Source: Octopus vulgaris
Lineage: Eukaryota
Reading direction: 5' to 3'
Assembly: GCA_951406725.2 (NCBI GenBank)
Contig: OX597818.1
Location: 53,692,001 to 53,756,000, forward strand
Length of the DNA: 64,000 bases
Made by a program: the position numbers and the translations under genes. The notes beneath the pieces were generated by a model. That model was not told the DNA's origin and searched no databases. It saw only the letters and a program-made list of their open reading frames with translations. This document shows positions 28,158 to 41,323 of this stretch, one piece after another; the stretch's first letter is position 1, and every line of letters starts with the position of its first letter.

Positions 28158-28547
28158 AAAATACACACAATACACATATACATATCCACACACACACACA
28201 TGCACATATGCATACATACACTAGTCATAACCTCCATTTTCCTAGGTTGTGACGCATATAATTTTTACTACGATATTCGTGTCATTATACACTTCCAGCT
28301 AATATAAATTCTCATTCAAATTAACTAAGACATGTTTTTACTTCATTCATTTCAATATAGCTGCATGACTACAAAGTTTGATGCTCAACTACGTGTTCAG
28401 TGTTCGATATCACAGCGCAGAAACTTGGAATGATGTTTTCTAACATGCTTCGATCTGACTAATATTTTAAGAGTGGTGATTTGGTATTCACAATTTGATC
28501 TCATTGTCAAATATCTCATCCAATATTCAACAGTCATTTGAATAAAA

Positions 28548-29278
28548 TTATTCTTTTCTACACTAGGCGCAAGGCCCGAAATTTTTGAGGAGGTGAGGGC
28601 CAGTCGATTAGATCAACCCCAGTACGCAACTGGTACTTAATTTATCGACCCCGAAAGGATGAAAGGCCAAGTCGACCTCGGCGGAATTTGAACTCAGAAC
28701 GTAAAGACAGACGAAATTATTTACTACCCACAAGGGGCTAAACACAGAGAGGACAAACACCGACAGACAAAGAGATTGAGTCGATTACATCTACCCCAGT
28801 GCGTAACTGGTACTTAATTTATTGACCCCGAAAGGATGAAAGGCAAAGTCGACCTCGGCGGATTTTGAACTCAGAACGTAAGACAGCCGAAATACTTATT
28901 TCTTTACTATCCACAAGGGGCTAAACACAGAGAGGACAAACTAGGACAGACAAACGGATTAAGTCGATTATATCGACCCCAGTGTGTAACTGGTACTTAA
29001 TTTATCGACCCCGAAAGGATGAAAAGCAAGGTCGACCTCGGCGGATTTTGAACTCAGAACGTGGCGGCAGACGAAATACTGCTAAGCATTTCGCCTGGCG
29101 TGCTAACGTTTCTGCCAGCTCGCCGCCTTAAAAATAATTTACATTCTTTTCTACTCCAGGCACAAGGCCCAAAATTTTGGGGGAGAGGGTCAGTCGATTA
29201 GATCAAACGCAGTATGCAACTGGTACTTCATTTATCGACCTCGAAAGGATGAAAGGCAAAGTCGACCTCGACGGAATT
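28548..29278 (-). mobile_element. SINE-A trimer (28548-29129, last unit with a different tail) plus a truncated copy (29143-29278)
   Basis: Two bodies end in ..ccccttgtgg.tagtaaa and the terminal body ends in ..gggccttgcgcctagtgtagaaaagaat. Confidence 0.88.
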
Positions 29279-29384
29279 AGAATAAAATTATTACAAGTAT
29301 CATGGTATCGACCAGATTTTCAGATGTTGTTATACCTCGCTAGTCACAATGCGTTTTACATTTTTCAGCTTTCGAATGGCGCCG

Positions 29385-29565
29385 CACTGCTGGCTAGTGG
29401 AGCATAACAACATTTCCCTCCCCATTGAAAGCTGTTCTGTCACAGCTGAGTGAACTGAAACAATTTGAAATAAAGTGACTTGCTCAAGAACACAGCGCAC
29501 CGAACCTCTGGGAATCGAACCCATGATTTAGCGATTATGAATGCAATACCTTAACCACTAGGCCT
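29385..29565 (-). mobile_element. Old SINE with head E
   Basis: Reverse complement ctagtggttaagg..gggttcgattccc..gtgttcttgagcaagtcactttatttc..cactcagctg. Confidence 0.65.
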
Positions 29566-29678
29566 TTATGAATAAGATTTGCGAAATCAAAATCAAAGAC
29601 AAGGCGGGGAAAATATTTTCCTGTTTCCCAAAATTATACACGAATCACTCAACGATATAAATTTTATAATCGGGGGAA

Positions 29679-30074
29679 AGGCGGCGAGCTGGCAGAAACG
29701 TTAGCACGCCGGGCGAAATGCGTAGCCGTATATCGTCTGCCGTTACGATCTCAGTTCAAATTCCGCCGAGGTCGACTTTGCCTTTCATCCTTTCGGAGTC
29801 GATTAAATAAGTACTACTTACTGGGGTCGATATAATCGACTTAATCCGTTTGTTTGTCCTCTCTGTGTTTAGCCCCTTGTGGGTAGTAAAGAAATAGGTA
29901 TTTCCTCTACCGCTACGTTCTGAGTTCAAGTTCTGCCAAGGTCGACTTCGCCTTTCATCCTTTCGATAAATTAAGTACAAGTTGCATACTTCGGTCGATA
30001 TAATCGACTTAATCCCTTTGTCTGTCCTTGTTTGTCCCCTCTATGTTTAGCTCCCTGTGGGCAGTAAAGAAATT
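29679..30074 (+). mobile_element. SINE-A dimer with 25-bp TSD
   Basis: gata(t/c)aaattttataatcgggggaa at 29654-29678 and 30075-30099. Confidence 0.92.
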
Positions 30075-30304
30075 GATACAAATTTTATAATCGGGGGAAG
30101 AACTACAAGTATCTTGAACGAGATGAGAATGTCAAGCATGACGGACGCAATAACAAGAAGACGAGAACTGAATTGCTCAAAAGAAATGGAGGTCTTCTTT
30201 CTGTCATCTTTTGCGCAGTCATTCATCGTTCGAGTTGTTAAGGCCTTATAGGTTTTGTTGCTTGACATATCACGATCGAATTTGATCTATACATATACCA
30301 ATCA

Positions 30305-30500
30305 CACATACATACATATTGGTAGAATATTTCCAACAAAACTCCCAGCAAAGGCAAGCACGAGAGGCCGGATATGGTTGTTTGGGACAGACAAGAAATG
30401 TATTGACCGTCATACAGCTGCCGTACTGATATGAATATTTCTTCGAAAATCATGGAGGAGATAACTATGGACAACTGCTTCTAAGCTTACGGCTTCTATA
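30305..30500 (+). mobile_element. R4-like LINE relic, restriction-like endonuclease region
   Basis: YW*NISNKTPSKGKHERPDMVVWDRQE..SCRTDMNISSKI.E / DNYGQLL.SLRLL contains the RPD motif of REL domains. Confidence 0.65.
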
Positions 30501-30511
30501 ACGATAAACGT

Positions 30512-30773
30512 CGACCTTTTAAAGCCTAGCCAGGCTCATGGGCCCAGTTTCCCGGTTTCTGTGGTGTATGTGTTCCCCCCAGCTGGACGGGACGCAAGTC
30601 CATGGCAGCGCTACTCAAGAAACAGGAAGAGAGAGTGAGAGAAAGTTGGGGCGAAAGAGTACAACAGGGGTCGCCACCACACCCTGCCGGAGCCTCGTGG
30701 AGCTTTTAGGTATTTTCTATCAATGAACACACACAACACCCGGTCTGGGAATCGAAACCACGATCCTCCGACC
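30512..30773 (-). mobile_element. SINE with head C and tail D
   Basis: Matches the head of the 23555 copy and the tail of the 46430 copy. Confidence 0.85.
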
Positions 30774-30804
30774 GTAGTAGTAGATCAACACCACAAATAT
30801 TAGT

Positions 30805-30833
30805 ACTACCATTACCTCTACTACTACTACTAT

Positions 30834-30877
<44 letters not shown>

Positions 30878-31242
30878 TTGCTGCTATTACTACTACTTCT
30901 GTTATTTCTACTACTACTGCTGCTGCTGCTGTTGCTCTGCTACTACTACCATTAGTGCTACTACTACTACTACTACTGCTATTACTACTACATCTACTAT
31001 TGCTGCTACTACTACTACTACTACAACTACTACTGCTGCTGCAACTGCTGTTGCTACTACTACTATTGCTGTTGCTACTACTACTTCTACTATTTCTACT
31101 ACTACTGCTACTACTACTACTGCTATTATTACTACTTCTACTATTGCTGCTACTACTACCACTACTACTACAGCTACTACCAGAACTACTGCTGCTACCA
31201 TTACTACTACTACTGCTGCTGTTGCTGCTGCTGCTGCTGCTA
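30805..31242. repeat. Degenerate (CTA)n/(CTG)n microsatellite
   Basis: Directly visible. Confidence 0.95.
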
Positions 31243-31607
31243 CGAAGGTGACTTCGCTTCTAGAACTAATGAATCCTCTCTCTATAAGAAAAGGCGAAAT
31301 ATCCAAAGAATACGGTGTCAAAAGCCAAAAGGCTACGCGAGGAATGCCTGGAGGGCAGAGTCTGGTTGGAATTGGGCGCAGCCAGCAACATAGAACAAGA
31401 ATAAGGCGGTGCTAATGTGTAGCGGAGTAAATCAATGCAAAGTGGACACGCCCAGATTGATTCGGTATTAATCATTGACATTCGCGGAGACAAAGACAAG
31501 ACGAATGATACAAAGATTGCAATCGTCTTTAAGGAGACGACTGTGGTTTGATTTATGAACTTTGATGCTGTGTGCTGGGCATGGTGTCATGTATAAGAAT
31601 GTGTGTA

Positions 31608-31639
<32 letters not shown>

Positions 31640-31811
31640 TGAGGGTGTCTGTGTGTGTGCATGTGTGCGCGTCAATTATGCGTGTATATACATTTTTATA
31701 CTTATATATTTATATATATATGTGTGTGTGTGTGTTGTACGTGTGTGTTTACATATGTGAGTGTTTATATATGTGTATATATACGTGTAAAATTCAGTGC
31801 CCATATATGTA

Positions 31812-31895
<84 letters not shown>

Positions 31896-32059
31896 GATAC
31901 GTACATGTATGCTTATATATCTGCATAAAAGTACAAATGTATGTATAAATGTACGTATAAATGTGTGTCTCTGTGTATGTGTGCGTCTGTGTGCGTAATT
32001 TGTGTATACATATATATAGTCTAGACATATAGAGAGATATTTGGGTAAATGTGTCTGTA

Positions 32060-33103
32060 TATTCATACTCACACATACATACATACATGCATACACATAC
32101 ATACATACACACATACATTTATACATACATACATACACACACATAGATACATACATTCATACACTCACACACATACATATATACATACATACATGAATAC
32201 ATACATGCATACACACATACATACACACATGCATACACACATGCATACACACACATGCATACACACACATGCATACACACATATGCATACACACATATGC
32301 ATACACACACACATACATGCATGCATACATACACATACATACATACATACATGCATACACACATACATACATACATACATACATACATACATACATAAAC
32401 TCACATACATACATACATACATACATACATACATACATACATACATACATACATAGATACACACATACATACATACATTCATACACACATACATACATAC
32501 ATACATACACACATTTATACATACACTCACACACACACACATACATACATACATACATACATACATACATACATACATACATACATACATACGTACATAC
32601 ATACATACATACATACATACATACATACATACATACATACATACATACATACATACATACATACATACATACATACATACATACATACATACATACATAC
32701 ACACGTACATTCATACACTCACATTCATACATACATACATACATACATACATACATGCATACACACATACATACATAGATACACACATACATACATACAT
32801 TCATACACACATACATACATACATACATACACACATTTATACATACACTCACACACACACATACATACATACATACATACATACATACATACATACATAC
32901 ATACATACATACATACATACATACATACATACATACATACATACATACATACATACATACATACATACATACATACATACATACATACATACATACATAC
33001 ATACATACATACATACATACATACACACATACATACATACATACATACATACCTACATTCATACATACATACATACATACATACATACATACCTACATAC
33101 ATA

Positions 33104-33142
<39 letters not shown>
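32060..33142. repeat. About 1-kb (ACAT)n array with higher-order duplication
   Basis: A variant block acatagatacacac..cattcatac..catttatacatacactcacacac occurs at about 32451 and 32773. Confidence 0.95.
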
Positions 33143-33144
<2 letters not shown>

Positions 33145-33565
33145 CTTCGGAGGACGCCGTTGGTTTGTGTCTATTATTTGATTTAAACGCTGTTTTAGTG
33201 CACATTCCCCCCTCATTAGCTTAATGATCTATCACTTCTAGAGATGTCTTCAGAAATGCCTGTTGCGAGTGTATATATGCACGTATATATATATACGTAT
33301 ATATGTATGATGTATGTGTGTGTGTGTATATATATATACGTGTGTCGGCGAAAGTGTTTGTGTGTGTGTATATATACATATGTGTGTGTATGTATATATA
33401 TATATGAGTGTATGTATACGTATGTATGTATTAATATATGTATGATTCCAAGTGTGTATATGTATGTATATATATATTCGGGCATATATGCATGTATATA
33501 TGCATAGCTACACGTATGTATATATGTGTGTTTGTGTGAATGTATGATGTATGTATGTATATATG

Positions 33566-33608
<43 letters not shown>

Positions 33609-33689
33609 GTATATATATGTGTGTGTATATATATATATATATGTGTATATATATACATATGCATATGTATATATATATATATATATATA

Positions 33690-33875
33690 TACTTGCTTCA
33701 GGCATTTGACTGTGGCCATGCTGGAGCATCGCCTTTAGTCGAGCAAATCGACCCCAGGACTTATTCTTTGTAAGCCTATTACTTATTCTATCGGTCTTTT
33801 GCTGAACTGCTAGATCACGGGGACGTAAATACACCATCATCGGTTGTCAAGCGGTTTTGGGGGCGACAAACACAG

Positions 33876-33948
<73 letters not shown>

Positions 33949-34140
33949 TATATCGTGTGTGTGTGTGTGTGAGTCATATATATATATATATATATATATA
34001 TACGACGAGCTTCTTTCAGTTTCCGTCCATCAAATCTACTCACAAGTCTATGGTCGGCCGGTGGCTATAGCAGACCGCTCTGAATCTGGAACCATCTGCT
34101 TGGTAAGCAAGCTACCTACCACACAGCCACTCCTGCTCCT
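33690..34140 (-). mobile_element. SINE-B with expanded internal (TA)n
   Basis: Head, body and tail all match. Confidence 0.85.
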
Positions 34141-34205
34141 ACACACACACACACGCACACACATACACATATACGCACACACACACACACATATAAATGA
34201 ATGTA

Positions 34206-34248
<43 letters not shown>

Positions 34249-34251
34249 ATG

Positions 34252-34311
<60 letters not shown>

Positions 34312-34687
34312 TATACATATGCATGCATGTATGTATGAAAGGGAGATGGGTAGTCGTATGTATATGTTTCAGGCGTAGACCATCTTTATCTAACAACTCA
34401 AGGAGATAAATAAATATATACGTTTTTATTCATTTCACATCTGACTTGGAAAATATTGTAAATGAGTTCATTATATCAAATGAAAAGAACAACTCTAAGA
34501 TTAATTCGAAATGCTTTATTACGGTTCGTACGAACTTGATGCGACAACGATAAAACAAACTAAGGAGTCTCCTGACTTTTTTTCCTTGTTGACCTTCGTA
34601 GAAGTTTTCTCCTTTGGTACGAGGAAAACATGACAGCGCCTACAATCATTGCATCGTCTCTCAGACTGACGTGTCCGGATAAATGCG

Positions 34688-34727
34688 TTGATGTTGTTGT
34701 TGCTACTGTTGCTGCTGCTGCTGCTGG

Positions 34728-34777
<50 letters not shown>

Positions 34778-34928
34778 ATGATGGTGACGATGGTGATGAT
34801 GATGATGGTGACGATGGTGATGATAGTGATGATGATGGTGATGATGATGGTGATGATGGTGATGATGATGATGGTGATGGTGATGATGATGGTGATGATG
34901 ATGATGATGATGATGATGGTGATAATGG

Positions 34929-34983
<55 letters not shown>
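34688..34983. repeat. (GAT)n/(GGT) microsatellite
   Basis: Directly visible. Confidence 0.95.
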
Positions 34984-34984
<1 letters not shown>

Positions 34985-35112
34985 CTGTGAGTGTGAAACT
35001 GCATGATTTTCTAATCAGAACTTTGTCAATTAATGGGTTTCGTTCATTTGTTTATGCTTGAAAGATTTGAACTTCTGCTGTTTTTTTTTTCGTCTGATAT
35101 GTTTCTTTTATC

Positions 35113-35480
35113 ACCTCCGCCTTCGCTAAGGCAGAAGTATTGTTTTCAGTCGCCTTTGTTTGTATGTTTGTTTGTCCGTGGACAAGTTATCTCAAGATTA
35201 GCTGGACAGATTCGGATGAAACTTTCAGGGATGTTTGGCCTCGTTTCTGGAACAAACTAATTAGATTTTGGGATCGATCCGGTACCGGGCAGTGATTCTG
35301 GATTATTTCCCCTGTTTTTTCACTTAATTTTTGAGAGCGGTCGGGTTCACTTTTAATATTCTCGTTTGTGAGAGCAGTCGAGTTTATTTCAGATATTCTC
35401 ATTTTGAAAATCATCTCTGGCTAATCATTGAGAGGACGTTGGTGTTGCCTTGGCGGAGGTTTTTCACTGTCTGAGTGCTC
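35113..35480 (+). mobile_element. Helentron-associated (HINE/DINE-1-like) element, uninterrupted copy
   Basis: acctccgcctt-cgct-aaggcagaag 5' palindrome; ccttggcggaggt subterminal IR; cactgtctgagtg 3' hairpin; homologous to 909-1497. Confidence 0.65.
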
Positions 35481-35489
35481 TTGTTTAGT

Positions 35490-36075
35490 TTGCTTTTTGT
35501 TTTTTGCGATTTTTCCCAAACAAGGCTTGACACCACTGTAGCGGATGGACTACAAAGAAGGGAAAGAAATAGCCTTCAGATTTAAAAGATGTCGATTGAC
35601 AAAAAGCTTAAAGAAGTAAATATCATAGTCCAGAAGAAGAGTGTGGTAATGTGTCCCAGAGAGCAGAAGTTCGAGAAAAGGAAGTATTACAATAAAAAGA
35701 CTTATGATTAACAGAAAACCCAACAGAGAATCGATGTGCCTAAGAAGGGAAGCGACTGTCACGTTTAAGGGTTTTGACTGAGGGCACCAGAGCAGAAAGT
35801 TCGAAAGATGATTGAGAGAAAGCTTACGTGAATTTCATAGACCAGATGAAAACAAGATGGTGATGATGAATTCAAAAGTGTTTTATGAAAGTAACTACAA
35901 GGATAAAAGGACTTATTGATAACAGGAATCTCAACAGAGAAACGGTGGGCCTTGGAAGAGAACCAGGTGGCACGTTTAAAGGTCTTGACAGAAAGTTCAT
36001 GAGAACAACGACTTGATAGAAAAGACAAAACGAAGATATATTATGACGACGAGACAAAGATTCCAGTCTCCAACC
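35490..36075 (-). mobile_element. Two decayed tandem 3' ends of a CR1/Jockey-group LINE
   Basis: LESLSRRHNISSFCLFY / CSHELSVKTFKRATWFSSKAHRFSVEIP..KSFY, then a second KTLKRDSRF..AHRFSV..KSFY..FSRTSALWDTLP; A-rich tail at about 35490-35520. Confidence 0.65.
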
Positions 36076-36354
36076 TAATAGAAACAAGAGTAATTCGAGT
36101 CAAATCAACTCAAAGAGAACCAAAATCAAGGGTCATTAATCCGTGTCCATTTTGTCTGCTTTTTTGGTGAGGGATGGGTTAAGATTTTATAATCCATCTC
36201 TATTCGGTCACCTGACGCTTTCTTTGATTTCGGGCTGACTTGATTTGCAAGATTTTTGACTAATAATACTTTGACTAATAATAATTACTAATAGTCGGAT
36301 GTTTTCAAGTTCACTTTCCTTTATGATCTTTTATGAGAGAGTTATCTTTTCTTA

Positions 36355-36590
36355 AGTTACTTTTTATTTGTTTCAGACATTGGATTGTAGCCATGTTGAG
36401 GTACCACCTTGAAGGGTTTAATCAAACAAATCGCTCTCTATACTTATTTTTATATCTTGTACTTATTCTATCGGTTCTGTTATCAAACCCCTAGATGACA
36501 GGGACATAGAAAACCCAACACTGGCTGTCAAGCGGTGGAGAAGACAAACACAAAAAGATGCACACGTATACATACACATATATATATACA
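36355..36590 (-). mobile_element. Old SINE-B 3' half
   Basis: Diverged match to the SINE-B tail and body. Confidence 0.7.
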
Positions 36591-36592
36591 TA

Positions 36593-36825
36593 CAGGGGTG
36601 GCCAAAAGTCATCGACTGTAAATCAAAATTCCATAAATACTTTCTGTAATTCTGTATTGACTCGAACGGAAAAATATGTCGCTCAAGAAGGACTTCAGTT
36701 TGAACAATTTTCATGATGTTTCATATTTAGATGCTTTTATCAAATTCATTCAGTTGTCAAACATAAATAAATCTTGGAATTAAATGGGTTTGATCTACTG
36801 TCAGGTGACTTTTAGCCAACTCCTG
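36593..36825. mobile_element. Tc1/mariner-type MITE (233 bp) with TA TSD
   Basis: TIRs caggggtggccaaaagtcatcgactgta / tactgtcaggtgacttttagccaactcctg, with TA on both sides. Confidence 0.8.
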
Positions 36826-36919
36826 TATATATATATGTGTGTGAGTGTGTGATTGTGTGTGTATGTATGTACATATATGTGTGTATGTTTTTGTGTGTAT
36901 GTTTGTTTGTTTGTGTGGG

Positions 36920-37268
36920 GGGGATGGCGTGTGGCTCAGTTGTTAGAGCATCGAGCTTACGATCGTGAGGCTGTAAGTTCGATTCTCGGACCGGGTTGCA
37001 TGTTGTGACACTTTATTTCACGTTGCTCCAATTCACTCAGCTATAGAAATGAGTAGCAACTTCACTGGTGCCAAGCTGTATCGGCCTTTGCTTTGCTCTT
37101 GGACAGCATCAGTAGCGTGGAGAGGAGAAACTGATATACTTGGGCAACTACTGGTCTTGCATAAAAACAACCCTAGGTTGGCCGGTGAGGCGACTTTCCA
37201 CCCAGACTTGCACCCCGGATGGGAACCTCTTAGGTGCACCCATGGTCATCGTGACCGACGGAGTCGAG
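36920..37268 (+). mobile_element. SINE with head E and a third tail type
   Basis: tggctcagttgttag..gttcgattc..cactttatttcacgttgctccaattcactcagct; ends catcgtgaccgacggagtc. Confidence 0.75.
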
Positions 37269-37475
37269 TTATATATATATATATATATATTCTTTTATTC
37301 CTTTATTCTTTTATTTGTTTCAGTCATTTGACTGCGACCATGCTGGAGCACCGCCTTTAGTCGAGCAAATCGACCCCAGGACTTATTCTTTGTAAGCCTA
37401 GTACTCAATTCCAATACATTTCAGTCACTTAAGGAGTTGTTTATGTGTCGAATCTTTCCAATATATAAACGTAGC

Positions 37476-37690
37476 AAGGCGGTGAGCTGGTAGAATCGTT
37501 AGCACGCCAGACAAAATGCTTAACGGCGTTTCGTTCATCTTAACGTTATGAGTTCAAATTCCGCTGAGGTCGACTTTGCCTTTTATCCTTTCAGGATCGA
37601 TAAAATAAGTACCAGTTTAGCACTGGGATCAATATAATCGATTTAACCCTTCCTCGAAATTTCTGGCCTTTTACCAAACTTTGAAACCAA
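37476..37690 (+). mobile_element. Older SINE-A monomer with alternative tail
   Basis: Head and body match; tail ctggccttttaccaaactttgaaacca. Confidence 0.85.
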
Positions 37691-37930
37691 TTTATAAATA
37701 TATCAGTTACAAAATATATATATATTTTAAGGAGCTTTATGCCATGCGCAGAGCCCGCAACTGATTGCAATTCAAATACTTTCTGACCCGAATAGGAGAA
37801 TGACTGATTTGATCCAGTCTTATCTCATATATATTTGAAATGGTAAAACCTAGAATTCTATAAAATTTGTAGGGCTTTAAGGTCTGTTGTTTGTCAGAAT
37901 GAACTTATTTAGTGTTCATGCTTTTTATAT

Positions 37931-38345
37931 GTTTCTTTATTAGCCACACAGGGCTGAACACAGAGGGGACAAATTACAAAGTAGAGCTTTACTTTTGGGG
38001 AGAAAAAAAAGGGGATAGATTTTCGATCAATAGGGATCGTGTATCACAGAAATGTCATGATGTAAAGTGTAAATGGGGAAGCAGATAAGGTTTATCCGTG
38101 GAAAGAAAGGCCTACGGAAAAGACCACGGTAACCTCGGTTACTAATGTCACATGTTAACACATTTATTTGCAAGTAAGCAACTCTCTGTTTTAAATTTTT
38201 CCGGGTTCATAGGATTATGCTCAAGGTGGCTTCGTCATTCATACGTGCCAGCCTTGCTACATTCACCCATGATTTTTTGAAATATTCGCTAGGCAAAGCT
38301 TGCCTCTCTGCTCTCACTTTCCTTTTCAAGTGATACTTGAAGAAG
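37931..38345 (-). mobile_element. L1/Tx1-like LINE 3' end
   Basis: FFKYHLKRKVRAERQ..WVNVARLARMNDEATLSIIL* plus a 3' UTR homologous to 52793-53360. Confidence 0.7.
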
Positions 38346-38436
38346 TTATAATTATCTTAGATTAATTAGAGGCGGACTAAGCAGCTTTCCGAATGTACAT
38401 GAACATGTTAAATATAACTGTACATAAATACATATA

Positions 38437-38718
38437 TGAGGGGGTGCTGAAAAGTTCCTGGTTTTAAGGTTCTTGCGAAAGGCTTTGGGCGCAGAAAAGG
38501 GAAATATACTCTTTTTACTCTTTTACTTGCTTCAGTCATTTGACTGTGGCCATGCTGGAGCACCGCCTCTAGTCGAACAAATCGACCCTAGGACTTATTC
38601 TTTGTAAGCCTAGTACTTATTCTATCGGTCGCTTTTGCCGAACCGCTAAGTTACAGGGACGTAAACACACCAGCATCGGTTGTCAAGCGATGTTGGGGTG
38701 ACAAACACAGACACACAA

Positions 38719-38777
<59 letters not shown>

Positions 38778-38996
38778 GCTGGCAGACATGTTAGCACGCC
38801 GGGTGAAATCTTAGCGGTATTTCGTCTGACGTTACGTTCTGAGTTCAAATTCCGCCGAGGTCGACTTTGCCTTTCATCCTTTCGTGGTCGATAAATAAAG
38901 TACCAGTATCGCACTGGGGTCGATGTAATCTACTTAATCCCTTTGTCTGTCCTTGTTTGTCCCCTCTATGTTTAGCCCCTTGTGAGTAGTAAAGAA

Positions 38997-39033
<37 letters not shown>

Positions 39034-39280
39034 CGACGGGCTTCTTTCAGTTTCCGTCTACCAAATCCACTCACAAGGCTTTGGTCGGCCCGAGGCTATA
39101 GTAGAAGACACTTGCCCAAGGTGCCACGCAGTGGACTGAACCCGGAACCATGTGGCTGGTAAGCAAGCTACTTACCACACAGCAACTCCTACGCCTATAT
39201 ATGTTGAATAAAATCATAATTAACTGATCCTCCTGTATTTTCTTTGACCCAAAGCCTGGAACTTTTCAGTACCACCCGCG
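38437..39280 (+). mobile_element. Mariner MITE containing SINE-B (38508-39197, minus), which contains SINE-A (38777-38999, plus)
   Basis: TIRs gagggggtgctgaaaagttcctggtttt / aaagcctggaacttttcagtaccacccgcg; the flanks rejoin into the 5042-5254 element sequence. Confidence 0.85.
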
Positions 39281-39834
39281 GAAATTATCTTAGAGTATTT
39301 GAACCACAGAGATTGTCACGTTGTCATTGTCAGACAGTATTAAGGGTCTCAATTTGCAGAATTTATGCTTGAGTGGTTGTGTGTGAACAATGCCAATGGA
39401 TGGCGCCCGAGCGAAGAAGATTTAAAAGAGGCGAATTTAGTATCGTATCGCTGCCAATGTAGAAGGGAGACTCCCCGACCTTGATAGTAGATACAGCTAT
39501 GGCATGACATCATTATGAGTTGTCGTGAACTTTGTAATTAGATCATCCTTATCAATGAGTTACGTGATCAAAGTTTATCGAAGCTGTTTAAACCAGAATA
39601 ACTGCATATGTTGCTTGGTTATGACGTGTCTGTCTAGTGTAGCATCTACAGCACATTCCAGACGAACCAACGTTTTCTCATTGTATTGGAGATGCATATA
39701 CAGGAGTTGGTCAAAAGAATTGAAACACCACTTTCTTTTTGACTATTTTTTTCTTTTTTCTACTGTGAATATGACTAATTCAAACTGTTCCGGTCTGAAT
39801 TATGATTTTAATTATGATTTTATTCAACATATAT

Positions 39835-40005
39835 AGGCGTAGGAGTGGCTGTGTGGTAAGTAGCTTGCTTACCAACTACATGGTTCCGGGTTCAGTCCCA
39901 CTGCGTGGCAACCTTGGGCAAGTGTCTTCTACTATAGCCTCTGGCCGACCAAAGCCTTTTGATTGGATTTGGTAGACGGAAACTGAAAGAAGCCCGTCGT
40001 ATATA

Positions 40006-40062
<57 letters not shown>

Positions 40063-40282
40063 ATGTATGTGTATATGTTTGTGTATCTGTGTTTGTCCCC
40101 CCAACCGATGCTGGTGTATTTACGTCCCCGTAACTTAGCGGTTCGGCAAAAGAGACCGATAGAATAAGTACTAGGCTTACAAAGAATAAGTCCTGGGGTC
40201 GATTTGCTCGACTAAAAAGGTGGTGCTCCAGCATGGTCAAAGTCAAATGACTGAAACAAGTAAAAGAGTAAAAGAGTAAAAG
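39835..40282 (+). mobile_element. SINE-B full length
   Basis: A box tggctgtgtgg, B box ggttcagtccc, internal (TA)n, (gtaaaaga)n tail. Confidence 0.92.
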
Positions 40283-40860
40283 AGAGAGAGAGATCGATTT
40301 GCTCCACTGAACCTTTCAATTATTGGCCGCTCATCGACAAGTGAAACATATAAAAGCATCTAACAATTAGATAAGCTAAATAAAACTTCTACTGCATTGT
40401 TAAAAGTTTCTGTATATGATATAATTGTTAGCAATAAAAGAGAGACTTTAGTCTGGAGTGAAAAGGCTTGGTGAATGGAATTTAGATGGAGTCGAAGAGA
40501 GGGGACAAAAGAAAAACTATCCTGTTGTCTCCAGATTGGAAGTGGGTCTGAATACTTGTAAAACAGTGGGCTCAGCTACAAGACATCTATCTAAGAGGCA
40601 GTTACTGTTGTAGAAAAAAAGACGGTGGATTGTGTTGACCACCTGAAATCAAATAAAGATTATTTGGCGGATTTCTGTAGTTTCCATCTTTCATCCACTT
40701 TCATCCACGAGGTTTGAATCGACCCGGGAAATGGTAAAAGAAACTCACCCTAGGTTCCCATGCAGTGAAATTGAATTTCGAAACGTGATTACTAAGCGAA
40801 ATTCTCGACTCCATTGTTATGCCTACGCCCACAAGGTGGAAGTGATCATCATTATCATCG

Positions 40861-40906
<46 letters not shown>

Positions 40907-40940
40907 AATCATCATCAACATCATCATCACCATTATTATA

Positions 40941-40996
<56 letters not shown>

Positions 40997-41015
40997 CATT
41001 ATTATTATTATTATT

Positions 41016-41218
41016 AAGGCGGTGATCTGACAATCGTTAGCACGCCGGGGTAAATGCTTAGCAGCATTTCGTCCGTTCTCAGTTCAAATTCCGTTGAGGT
41101 CGACTTTGCCTTTCATCCTTTCGGGATCGATAACTTAAATACCAGTGAAACACTGGGTCGATGTAATAGTCTAGTCCCTTCCCCAAAAATTTCAGGCTTG
41201 GAGCCTTTAGTTGAAAGA

Positions 41219-41220
<2 letters not shown>
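41016..41220 (+). mobile_element. SINE-A variant inserted in (ATT)n
   Basis: Head and body match; tail ..gcctttagttgaaagaat. Confidence 0.8.
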
Positions 41221-41277
<57 letters not shown>

Positions 41278-41323
41278 GACTGTATAGGACCGAGGTAACT
41301 CATCCAGAAATTATACACAATTA

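Noticed and set aside
39370-39480. Mariner HTH-like RRFKRGEFSI..GR
   Set aside because: Too short and degenerate to support on its own.
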